Notes under the pieces: generated by a model
Database searches by the model: none
Seen by the model: only the letters and a program-made list of their open reading frames with translations
What the model was told of the DNA's origin: nothing
Assembly: GCA_013265495.1 (NCBI GenBank)
Contig: MU058009.1
Span: 1,676,001 to 1,740,000 of the forward strand
Length of the DNA stretch: 64,000 bases
Direction: 5' to 3'
Source: Vicugna vicugna
Lineage: Eukaryota
Program-made: the position numbers and the translations under genes
Shown: positions 11,216 through 22,655 of the stretch, piece after piece
Numbering within the stretch: position 1 is the first letter of the stretch
Layout of the letters: each line of letters opens with the position of its first letter

Positions 11216-13611
11216 TTCTTACAGTTTTTCCTCTCACCCTCAAACTTCCCGTACCTGGGGTAGTGCCACTTAGCTGGTGGCCCAGGCTACGTAACTCTGA
11301 GACCAGGGCACCAGGCAGGAGGACTTGGACTGCTGCGTGAAGCACCACTGGCTGAGCCCTAGGCTGGGAGGCTCCCAGGGAGCCGAGAAGATCCAGGTGC
11401 CTGGGTTAGTTAAGGAAGCTGCGCTCGCTCCTCCGTGGAATCTTAGATCGGGATGGAGAGTGTGAGGTTTGCTAGTTTCTCGCGCACCGATACCCCAAGG
11501 TTATCGTCTGTAGACAATTTACAAATTCTTTGACCATTTATTACAGCCCAGCTTCAAGCTGGAGGTTGTCTCTAGGGGCTGTTTCATTGAACTTGAGTTT
11601 GTCCTCATCAATCTTATGTTTCTATTTACTTGAATTAAAGAAGAAGAAGCAGTCAAAAGACGTTTCTGCTTGCTCTGTGGTTCTGAAAGTTTATCTAACC
11701 AGTTCCAGGGACAGAGAAACTGAGGCCCAGAGAGACGTTATGAACGAAAGTGCTGGAACAGTAACTTAGCAGTGCTCCTGTGCACCTTCTGCTTTTATCC
11801 AAGCAGCTCTGAAACATCACAGTGATAAGGACCCAAAATGTTGACAATATTTTTCAGCTCTGGCCGCTGTGGGTGGGGTGAACTGGTTCTTTGTTTTGAA
11901 ACCAGGGGAAACCATTCAAAATGCATTAAAAAATATCCCATGCATTCAGTTGAGGGTGGGGTCTTTGAGTTGAAAACACATACTTAGAGCTGTTCTTTAG
12001 TTTCCTTAATCTCACACAATTTCCAGATGCCTCATCTAGAACAACTTAATATTATACCTGCAACTTGTATACTTGTAATAAAATGTATTTCGGTGCCTAA
12101 AATAAAATAAAATATAAATTTTTACGGCATTGCTTTTTTAGACAAGCTATTAATTTTGTTTAATTTGATTACAATACTGGCACAGAGAATTAACATGGGC
12201 TGGCTTTGAAATCTACTTTGCCAAGTCAATGACACGTTTTGCCCTGAAATCACAATATCCTTATTTATTTTAAGAAATCGTTACAATATGACCTTTAAGA
12301 AAAATGTGCTATAATTTACGCTGACCTTAGAGGCTAACCCCTATGCGAGAAGCAGAAGGACCCTTTCCCTGGCAACGTTTCTGGCCCAGTGGACCTTAAA
12401 GTGAAGTCTCTTGGCAGTTCCTGCAAAGGAGAACAGAGTGACTCTTTATCTGGGCTTGTGTGTGTGTGTGTGAGAGATAAACATATTTTGATGTAAATTG
12501 TAATCTAAATGTTTTCTAATTTTTTTAAATGCAGTGAATAGTGTTTATATGAAAACAGAAGCCACTTGAAAAAGAAGAAATATGTGTCACAGGACAGCCA
12601 GTGAAGAGCAGTGTGTTCATCAGCCCTGGAATGTAAGGTGGCTTTTTAAATAATTATTTTTTCAATACGACAGAAAATAATTTTCAAACACATCAGATCT
12701 TTTGATACACAATTACAGTGTGAGGTCACGGCAGACTGAAGGGTACCCGTGTTAAGAATTCCTCAGAACCACAGACTGGACAAACCCTGCGTCAGAAAAG
12801 AGCTCTGGTTGACTGGTGTCTATTTGGACACATAAATGTACTTGGAGGGGTTAACAATAATCTTATCTGACCATTTCCAGGGTGAGTAAAAAGAGCCCAA
12901 CGTGTATGATGGCTGTTTTTATAGAAAAACATACAGCATATAGAATCAGTAGTCACTGATTCATCGGCTAATATTAAAAGAATTGATCAGTGATAGCATT
13001 ATGGGATGTTTCACACAGTAAATTTATAAGATATTCGGCTAAATATTTCTACTGATCAGCACAGAGCTTGGCTGAGAGCCTTCTCCTCTAGGAGCAAGAA
13101 AATTTATCTAGCCCTATTTTCAAGTTCATTTTGCCTCTCTTATTCTAAGATTCAGGAACTTTTCCAAACAACTTGTCACATTTTATTTCCAGTTTCAGAT
13201 TCTGTGATGAGAAATCTTGTGTTTTTTAGCTTTTGTGTATGAGAAAGTTAAATTATGCTGAGAATAGACCCGAGGTACCTCAGCATGTGAAAAATCTTCA
13301 CCAAATGAACTGAACTGTGAAAAATCACCTGGCTTTAACCGTTACTCATGTTTGAGTCATAGTCTCTACAGCACAAAGGTACTAAAAAATCTTTCTCAGC
13401 AAATCCATCAGTCCTGGATTTTTTTTTTTTTTTACTTTATATAGTGATAAAAAGACAGATAATCTCACAGCGTAGCCCCTCCAAAAGATTCAAAGCTGAC
13501 TCCGGCGGTGGGGTTGGGTCCCTGGCTTCCTCTGCCTAGGAGAGATCAGAAAGCAGGTACAGGGCGGAGGAGGGGTGAGGAGGAGGGTGGGGAAGGGGGC
13601 GTCCCACTTAC

Positions 13612-13680
13612 CAGCACCGCAGGTCTCCCCGCTGAGCAAGGGGCAGGGCCGCTCACAGCAGAATCCAGAAAGTAGCTCAT
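13612..13680 (-). CDS. ETS1: ETS1 long-isoform first coding exon, coding part (69 bp, 23 codons); whole exon 13612-13694 with 14 nt of 5' UTR
   Basis: Minus strand reads tctcccgcgcag|gtgctgagggcgcgATG AGC TAC TTT CTG...GTG CTG|gtaagt and translates to MSYFLDSAVSGPAPCSAGRPAVL (recalled human: MSYFVDSAGSSPVPYSAPRPAVV). It has a consensus GTAAGT donor and a purine at -3, and its phase 0 end joins the 102-246 exon in frame. Confidence 0.95.
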
Positions 13681-16600
13681 CGCGCCCTCAGCACCTGCGC
13701 GGGAGACAACGTTCACTGAGCCGCTGGGCGCGCCCCGTGCGTGGACTGGGAAGCAAAGGCGGGCTCAGATCGGGCCTCCTTAGGGACATGGAGCTCACCT
13801 CTTTGCGTTAAAGAGAAGGACATTAAAACTTAGAAAAACCAAGTGGCCAGCCTCCGGCACACAGAGAGGAAGGCAGCCCCCAGGCCGAGCCAGTCCCTTG
13901 AGTTCGAAGTAGTGTGGATGGTGGCGCATGCCGTGACAACCAGCAGTCAGAGTCCACAAAAGGACCCTTTATGGGGCTTCTGGGCAGGAACGGGTCTCGT
14001 GTGTCTTTTAGTGACTTTCCCATCCATCCATATATCACCCCCCCTGTGTCCCAGCCGGGCCGGGCAGGGAGCAGGCCCTCACTGCGCAGTGTGGCAGGCG
14101 TTAACTGACGAAGCAACGAGCAGAGAAAGGACTGGAGAGAAGAGGGCGGAAAGCCTCTCCCAAGGAGGCATGTCCCCCAGGACCCCGAGACACAGAGACA
14201 CAGAGACACAGACAGAAGCCCTGGAGAGGCAGGGCGGCGGGGAGGTGGGGGGGGGAGGCGAACTTTTTTTTATCTTGATAAAAGGAGATGAGCTCTTAAA
14301 TGACTTGTTGAGAGCTAGTATTTCCATTCAAAGTCTGAGTGACCACAATACTTAAGGAATATTCTGGCTGAAGGGATTTTCCAGCGAGCTGCCGGTCATC
14401 AGGAAAATCATTTCTATATCAGACATGCCTGTTGATCCAAATGCTCTCTAAGGTACAAGAGTTCACACATTTTCATAAATTCAATATTGTGCAGTTACAC
14501 ACTGAAAAAAGTCTTCCTTGAAGGATGCAGAGGGTTGAATTCCTACGTGTATCTCTCACTCAGAGGCCAAACGTCTACTGTTAGGGAGTGACATTTTCAT
14601 TTCAATTCAACCACTTTCCAGTCTGTATCTGTCTGTCCTTCCCCTATATTTTTGCCAACAATTAAGACCCCCCACCCCAATTCAAGAACTATGAAGAATA
14701 TTATTTGTCTTATGTTCAATCTGTAACTTCATTCACCTTCTTGGCACAGCCTGACCGCCAATGAGCATGGCTTCTTTCATATGAAAGGTATTTAAACGAC
14801 ATAGTTAAACAAATTCCACAATATAAAATGATCCTGACTGAGGGCTACCGTCACAGAGCAATTAAGATCACACAGGTGAGAGAAGCAAGTTAAAGATCTC
14901 TTGAAGACTAACCTCGCCCAGAAACGAGCTTATGGTTTTTAACTAAGTTACCTTTTTATGACGTCTTTTCTTCCCAAAGTAAAATGCAGCCAAAATAACA
15001 TGAATTTTAAAAGCGTAAAGTAACTAGGCTCTGTTAATGAAGATTTTCTTCTCTAGTTTTTCAGGAAATTGCTCCCCATCGTTGGAAAAGGACCCCAGGA
15101 AGACCTCCCCGGGGGCAGAGCTGAAGAGCGGGAAGAGGCCAGAGGACCCTAGTCCAAGGGTGACCCTAGCCGTGGTCACCTATTCAGTGTTTGTTTCTGA
15201 AAAATGCATCAGACTGTGCACTGGGCACCGGGCACTGAGCAAGAAAAGGGTGCCTACAGCAGGTCAGCCTGGACACGGCCCAGATGCTGTGCAGATCACG
15301 GCCGTGGGCGCCAGGCTCCCTCCTACAGAAGCCTTTCTGATTTTTAAAGTTTTAAAGTCCTCGTGAATCATCATCGACCCACACACCCCTGCTTCAGAGG
15401 TGAGACCTAAACACTGACGGCATTGATTGTGTCACAGTGAGAATGGCCCGACCAGGAGCAGATTCCTCAGGGAAAAGTTGCTCACCCCCTCCAGGGCCCC
15501 GCAGGGCCACCCAGCCCTTTGGGAATTGTCCAGGTGTGGGAAGCGCAGCTTTGCGAGAGTCAGCCAGCCCCCTAATTTCCTCCAAAAAGCCCTCAGGACC
15601 CCTGAGTCATCAAAGACCTCAATCATTTATTCAACAAGCACACTGATGGCCTCCTTTGCCAGGACCTTGTTATTCATTCAGGCCGTAATTACTGGGAGCC
15701 TGCTCTGGTGCAGGCACCATTCTGGGGGCTGGAGACACACAGGTTAACCAACACCCCGGGCCACATGGACTTCACTTCCTGTCAGACTCAGGACAAAGCG
15801 GAGAGAGACAGTCTGCATCTTCAGGCAGTGGGAGAAGACAGGCTCCCGTGTAACTATAACATCACGTGATGAGTTTGCCAACAGCATGGGGGGCAATCAG
15901 CAGTCAGTTCTGCCGAGGTCTGGGGAGTAGAACACTGCGGAAGGTCGCCCAGGACGAGGTGAGACCACCTGTCCCCATGGACGTCCCGAGCCTCCCACCA
16001 GCAGCAGGAGACCTGGACCCTTCTGAATTCCTGTTTGACTTGTATATCTGTGAAAGAAAGCACTTTTGGAATGGGCAGCCTGGTCCTGGAGCTCAGCTCA
16101 GAGGCACCAAGGGCAGCGCCCCTCCCCACAGCAGCCGTCCCCGCAGCTGGGGAACGGGTTCGGGGAAAATGTGTTTTCTCTCTGGACAGAGTGAGCGAGG
16201 AAATCTGCGGCCCTACAGGCGCATCCTGAGCTGGGCTGGATTCAAGAAGCTTTGTGAGCTGTGACTGACGCTTCCCTTGGGGAAAAGCCCTTTGCCCAGG
16301 GAGGAAGCTGGGAAGAGGGAGTCGCCAGAGCTCTCCAGGGCGCTCATCTCAGGAAATAACTCTGGGGCAGAAATGGATGACTGCTTCATTACTTTTTGGA
16401 GAAAGAAAAAAAGAACCCGCCCTGTTTCCACTTGTAGATCGTGACACAGAACAGCTGCTGTAGACGTAAACCCTTTCAGAAAAAGCAAAAGGGTAAAAAA
16501 TTTTTTTGACTTGTTGGCCAAGGAGAATTCCCTCCCACATGACAGCTATTTGGACAATCGGGGGGAGCAGCTATTCTGTCCTGGCATTATAAATGTTTAT

Positions 16601-16999
16601 TGCCTAAACACAAAACAACTGTGTGATTTAAGATTTACTCCCCCGCCTAGAAGCATCCACAGGCTTGTCTGAATGCAGAAATGACTTGAACACTCAGTAA
16701 GAGAGTCAGCTAAGAGCAGAGTTCCTCCCCTTGCATAGGACCAGCAACGCCGGGGCATCGGCGGAATTGTGTCTGAAGTGACTTTGTGCTCAGGAGGCCG
16801 CTGGGCTGCGGGCCGTGGTCTGCCCTGGCCTCCATGGCCCTCCCCATGGCCACAGTCCTCTCCACTCCTCTAGCAGGGAGCTCTGTTGTTTTCTCAAGCA
16901 TCTGGTGCTATTTCTCACATCCCTACTCCCGTCCTGGGATCACCCCTGATGGAAATGCCCGGCCACCCTCCTGCTCCTCAGAACTGACTTACCCCTCCT

Positions 17000-17295
17000 C
17001 CTCAAGCTTTGAGGCACATCTCAGAAGTTTTAGCCGCCAGGAATCCTTCCTGAACTGCCCTTCACGCCAGCCTGGGCTGGCTGTCTCCTCCCTGGCTCCC
17101 CCCGTGGGCTTCCATCACTGTGCATCACACACTGTTGTGTAAATATCTGCTTCTCTCCTCCTCTCCTGCTGAACTCTGAGCTACCTACAGGTCAGCACTG
17201 TGTCTTCTTCATCTTCATATCTCCAGACTGTAAGACAAACTACGGGGTGTCATAGAACTCTTTTTTTTTTTCATTAGTGAATGAATGAATGAACA
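17000..17295 (+). mobile_element. L2 3' end
   Basis: ctgtgtcttcttcatcttcatatctccag... ends in a (tgaa)n tail typical of L2. Confidence 0.65.
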
Positions 17296-20200
17296 AGTAA
17301 ATTGGTCTTACAAGACTGAAAGTGTGAGAGATTGGCTGTAACGCATAGAATCCAAATAGATTGCACATCTGGCTGAAGAACCACTTGAAATAATAGGTTC
17401 GCTCATGACCCATTTCTCTGTGAGAACCCTTCCCCTTTATTCACCAGCCCTTTAATGTCCCTCATCAAGAAAGTTTCCACCACCCTGTGTAAACAGCAGT
17501 GTCCCCCTCCCAGCTCAGACACTTAGCTGCTGTTTCCTTGTGTCCCCGACCCCACCGCCACACACACTCTGGAATTTAATTCCCTCAAGGGCAAGGGTTA
17601 GTCTGTTCCTTCACTCTGAATCCCTAGCTCCAAGCGCAGTGTTGCTGGGTGGCTGGCACCTGAATCACTGTTGAACGCGGGCGTGTAAGTTAGAAAGCTT
17701 ATGCAAGCGCTAATATACAGCTTTAAAATTTTAGTTTTTTAAATAAAAGGTTTTAAATAAATCTTTTAAGTAAAATGAATGTTGAATAAAAAATAAAATT
17801 AAAACTTTAAAAATTAAAACTCTCTTCAGTCCCTTTTTTGAACAGATGCAGAGAAAGACTCAGGCCAAGCTGAGACCCGACTCCAGCTCGCCAGCCACTT
17901 CTCCTGGCAGTCCTCTCCATCCTGGACTTTGGGGATAAAAATGGGCAACCTGTACGGAGGACCAAAAGGTGGCAATCTGGCTGACGTGGGTGTCTCGCGT
18001 CCAATAACACGCTTTGAACTGGTTTTCTGTGGGGCTCTGGGACGAGCTCTGTGCTTCATAAAGCACGGAGACTTGGAGATTCCCACCGTCCAAAAACCCA
18101 GTACCCGGCCGGGATCTGCAGGCTGTCCCTCGGGCCCACCCTTCCTCAGGGGCAGGCTGGGTGGCACACAGCGGGAGGGGAGGCTGGGGCCTCGGAGAGG
18201 TGTTTCAGGCCAAGGCCGCAGAAGAGCAGGGAACCTCAGAGAGACGACACTCGGCGAGCACTGAATCCAGTTCCCATCGGCACTGCGCCCCTTGGCTGCA
18301 CTTCTACGTGACAACTGTGACGTCACCAAAGGGTTTTTCTTCGGGGTTATGTGCTCGTCAAAGGAAGACTATGCCTTTGGGTAAGTAGTTCATAAACTAC
18401 ATTTCAAGAAATTTTTCTTTTGAAAATAATTGTTCTTGCAAAAAAATACATATTTATTGAAAGAATTCCCATAAAAACCCAGAGAAGTCTAAAATGAATG
18501 GCAAAACCACCCGACATTCTACTGTCTAGAGACACCTGCTCTAATAATTTGCTCAACACTCTGCTGAGTACTTTTTAACGTGTCTGTAGAAATACAGATG
18601 TAACGTATACATGTGATCAAAATTTTACCTTCATGTTTTTCTCTACATGCTGTTTTGCAATCTGCTTTTTTCATTGACATTTGGCATAAAGTTATGGAGA
18701 TTTTTCTATGTCAAATCAATGCAGCTCTGCATCCCAGACTATAACAGCTACGGAGAGCTCTACTGTACGTATTCGTCATACTTTTTCATTATGAGCCTCT
18801 TGTTACGGTAAAATTAATTTGTCCCCAATTCCTTGTCATTATCAAAAAGTTCCTAAAAATATTTTCAAGTCTAAAAGTGGTATTTGGGGGACAAAGAATG
18901 AGTACTGTGTATATTCTGTGTGTGAATACATATTTGACAAACTGCATTCCATAACAGAGAAGCCAAAATTATAGTGCCACCAACAAAGCCATTGTGATTT
19001 AAATTTGACCTTGCCCTCCAGTCTTCATGTTAGCCTCATAGAGGAGGAATTATGGCCATAACACATCCTGGGTATGAAGACTGCACATGGGGAATCCAAA
19101 AGTGCAATAAAGCTGTCACAGAAAATACAGATGATGCAGTGTTTGCCTATTTTTTTCTCTTTGAAAGCTATGCATAATTTAAATAGATTTGCAATTAACA
19201 TTACTAGCAACAATTTAGGATTCCCATAAATTTATATTCAAAGGATACCCTTTTGGCCTGGACCACAGGAGAAAAAGAATTTGGCTTCCAATAGGCCATT
19301 TAAAGGACACTTGCCCCAAATGACAGCACCTTTGCCAAACCAAAGACAATACCGTCCCCCACGTCACCGAGGCAACATCTTTCACGTGCAAGGGAAAGAG
19401 TTTGAATTTCTTCCTTCTGAACGCCGTGTCAGTCGGTTTTTAAAGACTCAGACTGAATGTTGCCTTTCTCAGGGAGCTTTCCCGAAAGCTTCTCAACAGT
19501 GAGACAGACATCCTTGACCTTCCATGGGATTCCCTCTCACAGGGTACCTACGAAAGCTCACGGTACTTCCTGCATCTGCATCTGTTTCAGCTGGTACGTG
19601 GTAGGTGTGCAGCACTCTTGTTGACTAAAGAAAGCAAAGACCTGCACGTGGACAGAGTTAGTCTGTGCAGGAGTTATGTCTCAGTGCCTGAGTATATCCA
19701 GCCAAGAGAGTGAAGATCTCTCTGCGACAAAAAAAAAAAAAAGAACCCTCCCTTGTGATGCCATGTGTCCACATGCAACACTCAGGTGAGACTTCTCTCA
19801 TCTTAACTGCAAGCCAGATATTTTCCTCTGAACTAATGGCCGTATCCGACGGATGAATCTATTGTCTCCTGTTATTTTCTCCCCGCTTCTCATGAGTGGT
19901 CCATTTGCATTTTCCAAGTCATTTGAGTGGCTCTCCCCCCTGATCCTGCAAAGTAGCAAATGCCACTGAGTCCAGTTCTCCAACAACGCCAGCTAAAGCC
20001 CATTTTGTTAGCTAAACAATCCTCAGTCCCCTGTGGAAACTTTGTGGTTACCATAAGCAGAAAAGAAATCAATGAGAATAATTGAAGATGGTTTCTCTCG
20101 CTCCTAATTCTGTAAGAACCTCATTTTCTTGACTGAAGATTCCCACATTGCAGGAGCAAACATTCCTTCTTATTCTAAAGAGTCAGCCCTGACCCAAAAC

Positions 20201-21659
20201 CGTGTTCTGGTTCCTGTGCTATCGGCTTCTGCATCTTACACTAAATCCACCGACTCTTTCACTAAGTTCACAAAGAGTCAGCTCGCAGCTGACTGGACAC
20301 GTTAGTCTGATTTCTCCTCAACTTCACTGCTAACTAGTCCCCCAACTCTGACTTGAACAGAAGCTTGAGAATGACTCATATCCATCTCCTATTTCTCTAA
20401 ACAGCTTCATCTCCTAGTGACGGGTAACACTTTCAGGTTCTGTATGAATTGGTAACGCTCAGCTAGTTTTTCTTGGAACACTAAAAATGGACTCTTGGTA
20501 TTGTAACGCCACCAGAGTATATTGTTTCGCCTTTCCTCAAGGAGTCGCTCGCTAACGTCTCCCGGAAGAGAGAGAGAATACAAGATGATTTTGGCCTCCT
20601 GAATCAGAGCAGTCAAGGGCTAAGGCGTGCCTCGTAGCCTGTTTCATGCCTCCACCTCATAGAACCGAACCCCTCGTCATCACACTGCTGGAGTCACGCA
20701 CTGTCAGCGGTGGGCCAAATGGTGTTGCCTCTTTTTACCCTTTAAACCTGCCTGTGCTCATACGTCCAGTTTATATTTCACAAGCACAATGCCGATCCTG
20801 GTCTCTGAAAATGTCTAGAAGCTAACGCTCTGCTTTCTCAAGTATGGGAACATCCCCTGGGCGACTAAAGGCAACATCCAAGCAATAAGCTGTTTTACAG
20901 TAAAAAGTGATCACAGCCTTGTCTCTAAATGCTGTTCCTCAGACCCTCTGTTTAATCATGAAATTCAGCAAATAACCACAGGTGTCCTTCAGATGTACTG
21001 CAAGGCTGTGAACATAGTAGGCGCCTGAATCAAAAACTGGGGTGGTTTTTCACCAAGAAACTAGAAACAAACAAACAAACAAACAAAAGAGTGAGCTAGA
21101 GGAATGATGTTAAGCATCCTGGCTTCACAAGGACAACCGTAGCAGAGGTCATGGTACATGAGACCAAGTCAGACCCAAAGAAGAGCTAGCTGCAAGCTGG
21201 AACTGTCAACCCTAACCCAGTGGTGGCTGCCAAAGAAATCCCAAAGGAGCCTACAAGTTTAAATAATTCCTTTTCAACTCACAGCGTGTGGAGTCATGTC
21301 AGATCTAATCTAGAATTTAGATACGGTTCTGGCTTTTAAGAAGCTCTCAGCAAAATTGAGAGATGCCATAAATACAGAGACAGATCTTGAGAGAACCGTG
21401 AATGGGGACAGGGGAGTTTTCATAATGCCCCTTTAAAACTGATCTAAAGGACGCCGGCTGCCTTAAGCCTCCCAAATCCAGCGAGCAATTTCTTGGACTA
21501 TGTCTGATTGTGATTCCTCTCGGTGGAGTTTCATTCATTGCATTGCCCATGTTCTAGGGTTCAAATTTCTCAGCGTAATGCCAAACAGCTTCCTGGCATT
21601 CTTATAGAGAGAGGGAGTTTGTAAATTCCATGAATGTTGGAGTTGGAAAAAAAATCTCA

Positions 21660-21950
21660 TCCAATCTGCCCATTTTTTAATTTGAATGAACTGAGCCCAG
21701 AGAGGGTAAGTGTTTAGCCGGGTGATAAGCAGCTCGGACTGACAGACGATGGGTGCCCGGAAGCTCCTCACTGAACGTGTGGGTGGGTCATGGGCAGATT
21801 TCCTAACCTCACCGTTTCCTCAGCCATAAAATGGAGACAGCAATGCCGACACTTTCAGGATGATTGAGGAAGGGTATATAAAATAAAAGTGCCTAGCAGA
21901 TTGCTTTCACACACGACACAATGATCAATAAATAGTGGCTATTATTCATG
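21660..21950. mobile_element. Two adjacent MIR fragments in opposite orientation
   Basis: cccattttttaatttgaatgaactgagcccagagagggtaagtg (minus) is followed by gtttcctcagccataaaatggaga...tcaataaatagtggctattatt (plus). Confidence 0.6.
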
Positions 21951-22512
21951 CTGTTTTATCACAGTGTCGGCATTAGTAAGCATTTACTAATAAACAGTAA
22001 TAGTGAGTTTTATTAATTACTATTTTTATTGCCCTAGGAGGCAGACTTTATTTATTCAGCTATTAGAGCCAGAACCCAGATGGCCTATAACCTTCTCTCT
22101 TTTGCTAAAAGACTTGCATTTAAATAGTCAAAAAAGGATTCCCTTCCATAATTGTAGGTAGGTTGTGTAGCCTTAGCCAAGAATTTCACAGGCAAAAAGA
22201 GCCACACTTTCTGTTGAATGGTGGTCTGCTTGTACCATTGTTATGCATCAAACCAAGAAGTAAGCAGTTTTCTTACAGTGGCAAAGCAACTGAATGAGAG
22301 ACTGCACGGCAGAGATGCAAAAATATCGCAGCTTCCTGAGTTAAACCAGTTATCTTTCTGATATAAATGTGAACCTTGTGTGGAATAACACTTTGGCAAC
22401 CAGATATAAATATAAGGAAGTAGTAAGCACCTACAGAAAATATTGTGAGAGTTTTGGGCTGTCTGTTTAAAAAAAAAAAAATCTGTCTTGCTTTTGCTTT
22501 TGCTTTAGAACC

Positions 22513-22655
22513 GTGCTTCCCAGATTGGTTTGCACAGGGATTACCTGGAAGCCGCGTTACAGCAGAGCCTGACCCAGCAGGGCTGGGGCTCCGCCTGCAT
22601 TTCTACCAGAATCTCAGTGTTGCTGATGGTGCTGGACCCCATTCCAGTCGCAAGG
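22513..22655. mobile_element. MER5A-like DNA transposon remnant
   Basis: Contains cagcagggctggggc...ctgcatttctaccag...gttgctgatggtgctgg. Confidence 0.5.
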
